A stretch of 18,197 bases of DNA. It comes from Tubiluchus corallicola. Lineage: Eukaryota; Animalia; Priapulida. Every line of letters begins with the position of its first letter. Position 1 is the first letter of the stretch. Made by a program: the position numbers and the translations under genes. The notes beneath the pieces were generated by a model, which was given only the letters and a program-made list of their open reading frames with translations, did no database searches and had not been told where the DNA came from. The stretch is from positions 1 to 18,197 of the forward strand of contig JAQGDQ010002002.1 in the NCBI GenBank assembly GCA_030141605.1. The letters are read 5' to 3'. Positions 1 to 9,459 of this stretch are shown in pieces.

Positions 1-321
1 CAGGAATTTCGAATGTGTTTTGGTAACTCAAATGTGACTTAGGTAAGTCAAATGTAGATGCATTACTTTGAATAAATCAGTAATTAAGTTATTTAAGTGC
101 AAATTAGAAAAAGATAAACCAAAGATAGTGCATCTATTAGTAGGCCTATAACGTTGTTATTTTAACTTAGGAGCAATTATTAAATTGAAATTAAAGAAGA
201 TTAAATTTAACATCCTTAAAAGATTAAAAGATAAAGATACCACCTATCACATTTGAGATACCAATGTCACATTTGACTTGACATGTGTCTACATTTGACT
301 TACCAAAAACGCTTAAGATTT
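1..321. repeat. Left arm of a long inverted repeat (pairs with 1231-1538); cut by the window start
   Basis: Direct reading: 1-321 is the reverse complement of 1231-1538 apart from a few substitutions and a ~13-nt indel near 218-240. Confidence 0.95.
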
Positions 322-360
322 TTTCGTAACAGGGCCTATTTTTGAGTCTAATCTACACAC

Positions 361-713
361 ATTGATTGGTATCCTTCAGTCTCGGAAGACAATGGAATGT
401 GCGCCAGTCAGTTATTGATCACATTGATGGAGCTGCAGCGTCGATCCTTGAACGTCTCCAGGGTGCACGCCTGGGCAAGGTGTATGGAGATCCTGAGTTG
501 CCCAGACAACAGGAACCCCCTCTCTTCCTTTGCCCTCTAGGCGTTGGCTGCTTGTGCAGCTCCTCCGCCTAGTGTCGAGATTCAGTGGCATCCCGCAAGC
601 CTACAGCACCTGGTATTCCTAGGCGATCACCCATCCAAGTACTGACCAGGGTCTACGTTGCTTAACTTCGGTGATCAGACGAGAACCGGCGTTTCCAACG
701 TGATTTGACCGTA
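361..713 (-). mobile_element. 5S rRNA-derived SINE (SINE3 type) with RTE-like body and 3' tail
   Basis: The 5S head (713 to 597) runs without an oligo-T terminator into a GC-rich body. Minus-strand GAGAGGGGGTTCCTGTTGTCTGGGCAAC...CTCCATACACCTTGCCCAGGCGTGCACCCTGGAGA resembles RTE-clade 5' UTRs, and the end GCGCACATTCCATTGTCTTCCGAGACTGAAGGATACCAATCAAT resembles RTE 3' termini (both from recall). No TSD recognised. Confidence 0.7.
597..713 (-). rRNA. 5S rRNA-like sequence (SINE head or pseudogene, probably not a functional rDNA unit)
   Basis: Reverse complement reads TACGGTCAAATCACGTTGGAAACGCCGGTTCTCGTCTGATCACCGAAGTTAAGCAACGTAGACCCTGGTCAGTACTTGGATGGGTGATCGCCTAGGAATACCAGGTGCTGTAGGCTT, a near full-length metazoan 5S lacking about the first 3 nt; A-box and C-box regions retained. 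Confidence 0.92.
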
Positions 714-820
714 TTTTATTAGAATATTATACAAAAAAGTTAATTTTGGAGGTGCGATTGACCGCGGGGAAAGGGAAGACTGTTGAACAGGTTTTACAAG
801 TCAAATATAGATCTACGTTA

Positions 821-1212
821 ACTCAAATGTAGACTTAGGTAGTTCAAATGTGTCTTGGTAACTCAAATGTAGACTTAGGTAGTTCAAATGTGTCTTGGTA
901 ACTCAAATGTAGACTTAGGTAGTTCAAATGTGTCTTGGTAACTCAAATGTAGATTTAGGTAGTTCAAATGTGTCTTGGTAACTCAAATGTAGATTTAGGT
1001 AGTTCAAATGTGTCTTGGTAACTCAAATGTAGATTTAGGTAGTTCAAATGTGTCTTGGTAACTCAAATGTAGATTTAGGTAGTTCAAATGTGTCTTGGTA
1101 ACTCAAATGTAGACTTAGGTAGTTCAAATGTGTCTTGGTAACTCAAATGTAGACTTAGGTAGTTCAAATGTGTCTTGGTAACTCAAATGTAGACTTAGGT
1201 AGTTCAAATGTG
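821..1212. repeat. 40-bp tandem array, ~9.8 copies
   Basis: Unit ACTCAAATGTAGA(C/T)TTAGGTAGTTCAAATGTGTCTTGGTA, itself a diverged dimer of ~20-bp subunits. Confidence 0.97.
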
Positions 1213-1480
1213 TTAACAATGGTTTTCAACAAATCTTAAGCGTTTTTGGTAAGTCAAATGTAGACACATGTCAAGTCAAATGTGACATTGGTATCTCAAA
1301 TGTGGATAGGTGGTAAAGTTTAAGGATGTTAAATTTAATCTTCTTTAATTTCAATTTAATAATTGCTCCTAAGTTAAAATAACAACGTTATAGGCCTACT
1401 AATAGATGCACTATCTTTGGTTTATCTTTTTCTAATTTGCACTTAAATAACTTAATTACTGATTTATTCAAAGTACCTCA

Positions 1481-1948
1481 TCTACATTTGACTTACCTAA
1501 GTCACATTCGAGTTACCAAAACACATTCGAAATTCCTGTGTCTACATTTGACTTACCTAAGTCACATTTGAACTTTCCTGTGTCTACATTTGACTTACCT
1601 AAGTCACATTTGAACTTTCCTGTGTCTACATTTGACTTACCTAAGTCACATTCGAGTTACCAAAACACATTCGAAATTCCTGTGTCTACATTTGACTTAC
1701 CTAAGTCACATTTGAACTTTCCTGTGTCTACATTTGACTTACCTAAGTCACATTTGAACTTTCCTGTGTCTACATTTGACTTACCTAAGTCACATTTGAA
1801 CTTTCCTGTGTCTACATTTGACTTACCTAAGTCACATTTGAACTTTCCTATGTCTACATTTGACTTACCTAAGTCACATTTCAACTTTCCTATGTCTACA
1901 TTTGACTTACCTAAGTCACATTTCAACTTTCCTGTGTCTACATTTGAC
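1481..1948. repeat. 42-bp tandem array with two 60-bp variant units
   Basis: Unit TCTACATTTGACTTACCTAAGTCACATTTGAACTTTCCTGTG; its reverse complement shares TCAAATGT..ACTTAGGTA with the 40-bp array. Confidence 0.97.
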
Positions 1949-2016
1949 GTGTAAAACCTAAAGAACGAGTGTTTACTTCTGGCTAGAGCGTCAAACTACC
2001 TAGAGCCACCCCAGAG

Positions 2017-2100
2017 CTGAAGCCATAAGATGAACTTTTGACTGAACTGAAGCCATAGGATGAACTTTTGACTGAACTGAAGCCATAGGATGACCTTTGA
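2017..2100. repeat. 30-bp tandem repeat, ~3 copies
   Basis: CTGAAGCCATA(A/G)GATGAACTTTTGACTGAA repeated. Confidence 0.9.
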
Positions 2101-2252
2101 CGAAGAACAGCTCAAAAAACAGCAGGCAAAGAACACAGGCTTCAATATTGGTTCTTTGTTTCAGTTTAACCCTTTGATCACGAGTTCTTTGAACATTATT
2201 TCTCTGAATGGTGCCTTTTGCACGTTTAAACTGTGAATTTCGCCCTGCTCAC

Positions 2253-2461
2253 CTGAAAGGCTTGGCATTATGGAATTCGAGAAAGTTGAAAGCTTCGAAG
2301 CTGTAGAAAGGAGGAGAGATGTAGCGACCCCACCTCAACCATAGAGGGAAGTTCTCCACGTAGAAACCGCCCATCATCAGATAGAAGAGACTGGCGGTCA
2401 CGCAGAAGGTGATCCCTTGCGACGTGTCCAAGAAGAAAGCACCAGCAAACAAACCAAACGA
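2253..2461 (-). CDS. ABCG: ABCG internal exon (SFGLFAGAFFLD...GGFYVENFPLWLRWGRYISPPFYSFEA...PFR)
   Basis: ttatgttacag|TCG acceptor and TTCAG|gtgagc donor; 209 bp, phase 0 to 2; GGFY...P.WL.W.RY.S...Y.FEA motif of ABCG TM5 and ECL3. Confidence 0.95.
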
Positions 2462-2753
2462 CTGTAACATAAAATAAACAACTTTAACTTTTCAACCCTT
2501 CAATGAAAATATAAAAGCAAGAGTTATTTATAAAATTAGGCAAATATAAATTTAAATGTAAATCTAGCTATGTTGCTTGTAGTTGTTGATGTGTTTTTGT
2601 ATATAAGCGTTTTACTGTTATCATAGTCACCAGTGATATTAGAAGGGATAATTGTAATTATTTTCTAACTTATTATAATAATGTTCATACTGGTCCCTGC
2701 AAATAGAGGGAATTTATGTATATTATGTATGTATTTATGTTAATATGTATAAT

Positions 2754-2785
2754 ATAATAATAATTATAATAATAATAATAATGAT

Positions 2786-2873
<88 letters not shown>

Positions 2874-2881
2874 GTAATAAT
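2754..2881. repeat. (AAT)n microsatellite
   Basis: Direct reading. Confidence 0.97.
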
Positions 2882-3694
2882 AGCTTTTCAAATTTTAGTT
2901 AAATCTGCTAAAGGAAGACAGGATGATTTTTCATCTACCGCCCCATTTTCAAGTCCGACAAAAATTATACATTTTAACACAATTAATACTGCAAAATCAT
3001 TCATGATAATTAAATAATAGATTAAAAACTTAATTAACGGCAGGCGAGCCCAACTCACTCAGAACTGAACATAATTTCCAACAGCAAAAATATTCCGCGA
3101 GCGTGTTGCACGTGTTTGCAAAAGCAAAAATTGAAATACAGTGTTGCTGTAAGAGATTCAGTGTGTTGTACTAAAACTAGGCAAATTTTAAGATAAAAAT
3201 TCAAATTTCAAATTTACGCCTGTGCTCACGCATGAACTGTCGAACTGTTAGTTCGTCAGAAACTAACACACCTGAACTGAGAGGTACAGCACCTGTTTTT
3301 TTTTGTGCAACGCTTTCCGTAATGCAGGCGCTGGTTCCCATCTAACTAGCAATTGGCGAAGTGCATGTAACAGCAAAGAACTAGTGGCGCGAACGTGAAA
3401 TTGTATTTACGTGGTAATAATTCTTTCACGTAAGTCATTTTTGAAAATATAGTGTGTTTCCTTTCAATATTTTAAAGAGTAGATTGTTTTGACGTGCAGT
3501 TTAAGATTGGGTTTTGCTGTAATCATTAGGCTGCTGTTTTGAAATGTGCGTATACAATTTGACTATGTGTATAACGCGTATGTTTGTACAAACCAGCCAA
3601 ATAAAAAATATAAATGTAAAAAAATTAAGATACTTTGTTTGAGCTCTTATCTGTTGGTTACTTATCGAGCTAAGATTTCCAGACATTCCTTTTA

Positions 3695-4245
3695 GTTTAA
3701 ACATAATTTATTTAGGATTGGATCAGACAGTTTGTACAACATGATTTAGGATCCTCACCACAACAGACTTTATACACTATTTACAAGAACATTTACAGTA
3801 AGAATAAACTATTCTTAGTTTTTAGTATACTTTAGTATACTAAAGTTTTACTACAGTGATACATTAGACATTAGTAGAAAATGACGGTTAGTAAATATTA
3901 ATGTACGAATATTTAAGAATGATGCATTTTATATCAGATAGAAACTACTGGAAGCGTTTAGTACGTAATATAAAGTCATGTATACATTGGAATATTTTAC
4001 AGTTAGTAACATAGTTAAATTCATCTTTACCGAATAATAACAACTTCAACAGATCATTAGTTCCTAAGGCAGCTATATTAAGGTTTTCGGGCAGAAGTAT
4101 TTCATTTAATTTATCAAACATAACTACCCTAGCTAGTTGATACAATGGGCAGTGCAACAAAAAGTGTTCAACAGACACAAATCGAAATCCACAGTTACAA
4201 TTCGGCAATATTGGATGACCGTTATTATCTTTACAGCCTTTGTTG
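3695..4245 (-). mobile_element. 5'-truncated non-LTR retrotransposon (ORF2 C-terminus plus 3' UTR; CR1/L2/RTEX-like) with 14-bp TSD
   Basis: ORF 3945-4208 encodes CNCG...EHFLLHCPLY...R...LLFG...N..IF..I..FI..TKRF, the CCHC-type C-terminus of LINE ORF2. Identical AGACATTCCTTTTA flanks it at 3681-3694 and 4246-4259. Confidence 0.85.
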
Positions 4246-4581
4246 AGACATTCCTTTTAAGTACCTTCACTAGGAAGCATAGAACTTTGTTTGCTAATCA
4301 ATAACGATTATAATGCAGTTGTAAAGTAATTATATTAGTGATGCTATTAGAATCTCTAGCTTTACTCTTTGTAATCTGGCTTCAAATTGGAAGCCCCCCT
4401 TTTAAGCAGCTTAGATGCACTGCACTCATTTCTTAACTCGTAATTGCTTCGGTGGATTAATCTGGACAGACGAATGACTGGGTAGGCGGACAGTGGCTGT
4501 TTGGACAAAGACAACAGAAATAAAATACACAGACGGAGAGGTAGGAACTGTCTTTGGGTTTTTTACCTAGTCAGGAATGTC

Positions 4582-4616
4582 GACGATGATGGAGACGATG
4601 ACGGTAATGGTGATAA

Positions 4617-4649
<33 letters not shown>

Positions 4650-4829
4650 TGATGATGATGGTGATGATGATGATTACGGTGACGATGACGACAATAATGG
4701 CGACGATGACGATGATAATGATGACGATATGACGACGAGGTCGAGGACGATGATGACAATAATGGCGACGATGACTATGATAATAATGATGATGATGATG
4801 ATGATGATGATGACGACGACGACGACGAG
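4582..4829. repeat. Compound (GAC/GAT)n microsatellite
   Basis: Direct reading. Confidence 0.95.
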
Positions 4830-4964
4830 AAATAATTGACTTTTAGCAATGATGCAACAGGCAGATAAGGAAACAAGCTCCTATTTTCTCCATATCATCA
4901 ACATTGCAAGCAGCAAATGAAGCCAAGTGCAAGCAGCAAATGAAGCCAAGTTGAAACCCCTTAC

Positions 4965-5179
4965 CTCCCCTGCAAGTGCGGTCATCATCAGGAAAAACCA
5001 CATCCCCACGAATCCCAGGTAACCATTGAGACTGACCATTGGAAACACGATGAGTAAGTAGACCGTTGGCAGGGTCAAGGTCAGTGGCAACTCGCTGGTC
5101 AGTTTAGCTAAGTAGTAGGCGGAGAGACGGTAGGTTCCCGCTGATCTCTCTTTGTTGAGGACTTCTCTTTCTTCGGGAA
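4965..5179 (-). CDS. ABCG: ABCG internal exon (PEEREVLNKERSAGTYRLSAYYLAKLTSELPL...MTALAGE)
   Basis: ttctcttag|TT acceptor and GAG|gtaagg donor; 215 bp, phase 1 to 0. ER..G.YRLSAYYLAK...ELP is a hallmark ABCG membrane-domain motif. Confidence 0.95.
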
Positions 5180-5280
5180 CTAAGAGAAAAAATTTGCTAA
5201 TGTAAATCTCAGTCAAAGTCAAACTCAGCGTTAGTTAAAACATTTGGAAAATTTAAAGAAAAGTCATCACGTTGATAGAT

Positions 5281-5490
5281 GCGTATTGTACAGTAAAGTG
5301 TTAATAAGATTGGTGGCGCCATCTACGAAAGTAATCAGCGTATTGTACAGTAAAGTGTTAATAAGATTGGTGGCGCCATCTACGAAAGTAATCAGCGTAT
5401 TGTACAGTAAAGTGTTAATAAGATTGGTGGCGCCATCTACGAAAGTAATCAGCGTATTGTACAGTAAAGTGTTAATAAGATTGGTGGCGC
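5281..5490. repeat. 57-bp tandem repeat, ~3.7 copies
   Basis: Unit GCGTATTGTACAGTAAAGTGTTAATAAGATTGGTGGCGCCATCTACGAAAGTAATCA, copies identical. Confidence 0.95.
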
Positions 5491-5966
5491 GTGTTATGCA
5501 CATACACGTTTCCCTACCTGTTAAATTTGGTCTTGCCCCTTTAACTGTCATCAGTCATGTGACCAGGTGGTTGGCCAGGTAGACATTACCTGACATGCAA
5601 TTCAATTGATACGATGTGAATGTTGTAGTTGATTTCTATTGTTTTTCTTGCAAGTTATAAGTGCCAAAACTCAGGGAGACCACATGTAAGTGTCTAATTA
5701 TGTTTATTGAACTGCTTTATGCTATTAGTACAATTTCGCTGTCATTTTTTTGTATAATTATGACGTAATAATGACGTAACCTAATTTAGTAATTTACCTT
5801 TATCAAACTTATGTTTTTCATTGAAAACTTTTTGCTGTAATTTATTATTACAGATAAAACGACAATTGCTGCATTTTAAACATATTTGATGTTCTGGAGT
5901 TTAAATGTAGTACAGCGCCATCTACGAACGTAATCAATGAACTATTAAAGGGCAACGTTTACTTAC

Positions 5967-6024
5967 AGGCACTATGCGCTGACATCATTGGAGTTATTAA
6001 CCAGTAAATAACCGTGAAGAAAAG
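5967..6024 (-). CDS. ABCG: ABCG internal exon, TM2 (LFFTVIYWLITPMMSAHSAF)
   Basis: tatttacag|CTT acceptor and GCCT|gtaagt donor; 58 bp, phase 0 to 1; the split codon T+TT gives the expected F of FP.E. Confidence 0.9.
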
Positions 6025-6158
6025 CTGTAAATAAACAAATATTAATACACAACTTGTTTACACAACAAAAATTAGTGAAAAAGTTTGTGCTTTCATCATT
6101 TTCTTTTTTCTTGCGTTTCCTCACTTCTTTGATCTCAGTCAACAAGGTTAGTACATTA

Positions 6159-6259
6159 CATCATCATCATCATCATCGTCGTCGTCGTCGTCGTCGTCGT
6201 CGTCATCATCATCATCGTCGTCGTCGTCGTTGTCGTCGTAATCATCGTCATCGTCGTCG

Positions 6260-6293
<34 letters not shown>

Positions 6294-6334
6294 CATCATC
6301 ATCATCGTCGTCATCGTCATCGTCGTCGTCGTCG

Positions 6335-6377
<43 letters not shown>

Positions 6378-6390
6378 CATCATCATCGTC
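6159..6390. repeat. Compound (CAT/CGT)n microsatellite
   Basis: Direct reading; reverse-complement type of 4582-4829. Confidence 0.95.
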
Positions 6391-6488
6391 AATACTGATA
6401 CAATCAAAGCTTCAATCACTGCCATTATCACCATGATTAGATTCACCAACATAGAAACTTTAAGATCATTATCATCACAACCATCACT

Positions 6489-6783
6489 AGCAGCAATAGC
6501 AGCAACAGCAGCAGCTGCAACAGTAAAAGAACCAACAGCAACAACAACAACAACAACAACAACAACAGCAACAGCAATATAAACAGCACCAACAGCAGCA
6601 CAGCAATATAAACAGCACCAACAGCGACAGCAGCAGCAGCAGCAGCAACAACAACAGCAACAGCAACAGCACCAACAGCAGCAGCAGCAACAACAACAAC
6701 AACAGCAATATAAACAGCACCAACAGCAGCACAGCAATATAAACAGCAACAACAGCAACAGCAATAGCACCAACAGCAGCAGC

Positions 6784-6814
<31 letters not shown>

Positions 6815-6880
6815 GCAACAGCAACAGCAGCAGCAGCGACAACAACAACAACAACAACAACAGCAACAACAGCAACAGCA
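6489..6880. repeat. (CAA/CAG)n microsatellite with recurring CAGCAATATAAACAGCA interruptions
   Basis: Direct reading. Confidence 0.93.
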
Positions 6881-6909
6881 TTGATTAAAACGTACATTCT
6901 ATTACTTAC

Positions 6910-7032
6910 AATTCCCTTCCTATCTTTCAGATTCTCCTCTCGTCTGTCCATTTGAAACCACACGAGCCCCGCCATTATTGCCACTGCCACGATCTCAATG
7001 GCGGCCCACTTTGATAAAATTCTGCTTTTTGC
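6910..7032 (-). CDS. ABCG: ABCG internal exon, TM1 (AKSRILSKWAAIEIVAVAIMAGLVWFQMDRREENLKDRKGI)
   Basis: ttcttctcag|GCA acceptor and ATT|gtaagt donor; 123 bp = 41 codons; GLVWFQ and DR.G motifs of the ABC2 membrane domain. Confidence 0.92.
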
Positions 7033-7149
7033 CTGAGAAGAAAATTAGACTTGATTTCACCATTGTTATGGAAATTTAACATCTTTCAAATATTCACATT
7101 TTTTTAAACATTCTATTATTCACAACGACATTTTTCGTGGAATTTTATG

Positions 7150-7283
7150 CATCCATCCATCCATCCATCCATCCATCCATCCATCCATCCGTCCGTCCGT
7201 CCGTCCAACCATCCTTCCATCCATCCATCCATCCATCCATCCAACCATCCTTCCATCCATCCATCCATCCATCCATCCATCCA
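7150..7283. repeat. (TCCA)n microsatellite
   Basis: Direct reading. Confidence 0.95.
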
Positions 7284-7905
7284 ACTCAGGTCAGGTCATC
7301 CATCCTGTAATGTCTTCTAAACGTTTTACTAATAGATTGTACATTAAATTAACTTGAATTATTTTGAACTTTGAATTTGATTTTTGAATTAAATATCAGT
7401 TATAGAATAATAATACTTTTGTACAAATAGTAAGGTGATATACATTGGTAATTGTTTCTGGTATCTCTTCTGTACTCTGAGCACTTTGTATATTTCGATT
7501 TTAAGTGTGAACTAGTGAATTGCTGGTAGCTTTGAACTAACCATCTGTGTAATTATATTCTTGAACTGACCAATTGTATATAACTGTATATAATTGTATA
7601 TATTCTCAACTAAAATGTATTTGTTGCACATAGCGAAAATACTTGAACAGAAATATTACTGTATGTTAATCAAATTTAAATAAATAGTGTTGAAGTTGGA
7701 ATTGTACATTATAATTAGGTACTGCCATCTATGGGCTACTCCTGTTACATTTTACCAGCTGACTTACCCCCAGTGTAATTGTAAGGTCCAGATGATGCAT
7801 ATTCACTGGTTCTCTCCCTAATTTAAAGTAATGGTTGTTGTGAAGCCTGTGCAAGTCTGCATAGGTCACTTATACCTATATATACTGACTGGTTTTGCTT
7901 TCTAG

Positions 7906-8458
7906 TCACTCTCACGCTCACTCTCAGTGTTCAGTGCAGGAGACTCTCACACTCTCACTCTCAGTGTTCAGTGCAGGAGACTTTCACTCTCAGTGTTCAG
8001 TGCAGGAGACTCTCACACTCTCACTCTCAGTGTTCAGTGCAGGAGACTTTCACTCTCAGTGTTCAGTGCAGGAGACTCACACTCTCACTCTCAGTGTTCA
8101 GTGCAGGAGACTCTCACACTCTCACTCTCAGTGTTCAGTGCAGGAGACTCTCACTCTCACTCTCAGTGTTCAGTGCAGGAGACTCTCACACTCTCACTCT
8201 CAGTGTTCAGTGCAGGAGACTCTCACACTCTCACTCTCAGTGTTCAGTGCAGGAGACTCTCACTCTCACTCTCAGTGTTCAGTGCAGGAGACTTTCACTC
8301 TCAGTGTTCAGTGCAGGAGACTCTCACACTCTCACTCTCAGTGTTCAGTGCAGGAGACTCTCACACTCTCACTCTCAGTGATCAGTGCAGGAGACTCTCA
8401 CTCTCACTCTCAGTGTTCAGTGCAGGACACTCTCACTCTGAGTGTTGTGTTCAGTGCA
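7906..8458. repeat. Minisatellite of 29-37-bp units
   Basis: Constant CTCAGTGTTCAGTGCAGGAGACT followed by a variable CT/CA stretch, about 15-16 copies. Confidence 0.95.
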
Positions 8459-8636
8459 GCAGTCATGCTACTCATGTGTCTGTAGTTTAATAAACACTTT
8501 TCTGTTGTGTGCAGTGCAAATATGTATTATAGATTTTTTATTCTTGTTCATACTTCTGTGCCTAAACTCAATCATAACAAAGTGAGTGATCAACAACTTC
8601 AAACATGACTTTCACACACATATATATATATAATAT

Positions 8637-9201
8637 TGTTGCGGGCACGCTTAGTCAAGGTTGACTTTGCGCATGCGCGTCATTTGCTATAAAAGCAGTG
8701 AGCACGTAGTTTTCTACGTTTGTCACGTCCACTATGTGTGCTGCTCTTTCCAGTGCTTAGCAGTGATTGTCATTTTGGTAGGTACGGCATATTTTTAATC
8801 TAATTAATTATCTTTTGTCTTTCTTTCTTGTGCACTCCTTCCTGGTAGGATGCAACGCGGTCAAACGAAGGCTGACTGCACACCGTCTTCGCGTCCCTCA
8901 ACCCCCTGGCGGCTCCCAGGGGAGGGCTCTGCAACACTGATCCCACTTCTGACACCAGTGTTGGGGAGACCTCTCTGGGAGTCGCCAGCAGTCAAACGAA
9001 GGTTGACTGCTCGGCCGTCTTCGCGTCCGTCGACCGCCTGGCGGCTCCCAGGGGAGGGCTCTGCAACACTGATCCCACTTCTGACACCAGTGTTGCAAAG
9101 ACCTCCCCTGGGAGTCGCCAGCGGTCAAACGGATGCTGACTGCTCAGCCGTCTTCGCGTCCCTCGACCCCCTGGCGGCTCCTAGGGGAGGATTCTGCAAC
9201 A
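8637..9201. mobile_element. LTR-retrotransposon-derived element (Gypsy-like solo LTR or tandem mini-LTR) with two embedded tRNA-Leu PBS sequences
   Basis: Termini TGTTGC...GCAACA; ATAT duplicated at 8633-8636 and 9202-9205; ~132-bp internal tandem units; ATCCCACTTCTGACACCA at 8940-8957 and 9072-9089. Confidence 0.7.
8668..8695 (+). promoter_or_regulatory. Putative LTR Pol II promoter: TGCGCATGCGC (NRF1-type site) and TATAAAA box
   Basis: TGCGCATGCGC at 8668-8678 and TATAAAAG at 8688-8695, near the left end of the LTR-like element. Motif match only. Confidence 0.5.
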
Positions 9202-9459
9202 ATATCTTTCACTGGCTAAGATTCTAAATCTAACGTTAAATTAACTAGTTATAATAACAAGAATTTGTTTCATATCTCAAATTTTGGGACAGTGGAACAG
9301 CATCGGCCTACTCATATCTGCATAATTAGACTCATCGTTTTTTATCCCAAAAGCGTCGAGGTGAAACGCAATAGTCGTATTTCTTAGCGACAATGTTACC
9401 TACTTGTATTAACAGGTTAGACAAATTAGATTTTTCTCATAATGATTTCGTGTTACTGA

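Larger units (their letters stand above)
789..1959. mobile_element. Foldback-like non-autonomous DNA element with modular, tandemly repeated subterminal arrays
   Basis: 23-bp terminal inverted repeats AGGTTTTACA(A/C)GTCAAAT(A/G)TAGA (789-811 and 1937-1959, 21/23 match); opposed arrays built on a TCAAATGT core flank an AT-rich centre; no TSD recognised. Confidence 0.55.

Noticed and set aside
361-600. Self-cleaving ribozyme (hammerhead, twister or HDV-like) in the SINE body, and ORF 366-572
   Set aside because: No complete catalytic core was recognisable by eye; an Infernal search would be needed. The ORF is short, antisense to the SINE and has no recognisable homology.
821-1948. Regular 40- and 42-bp arrays as CRISPR arrays or repeat proteins (ORFs 1538-1954, 1657-1926)
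   Set aside because: No unique spacers, no cas genes, and a eukaryotic intron context; the ORFs arise only because 42 is a multiple of 3.
6054-6881. Poly-His/Arg, poly-Leu/Cys ORFs and the long tail of ORF 6487-6990
   Set aside because: Trinucleotide repeats; only the part within exon 6910-7032 is real coding sequence.
7895-8490. Three overlapping repetitive ORFs
   Set aside because: Translations of a minisatellite whose variable unit lengths do not preserve frame.
8850-9227. 125-aa ORF over the hairpin repeats, and a tRNA-Leu gene call
   Set aside because: The peptide only mirrors the DNA repeat and resembles no gag or pol. Only the 3' 18 nt of the tRNA is present, with encoded CCA, so it is PBS-related and not a tRNA gene.
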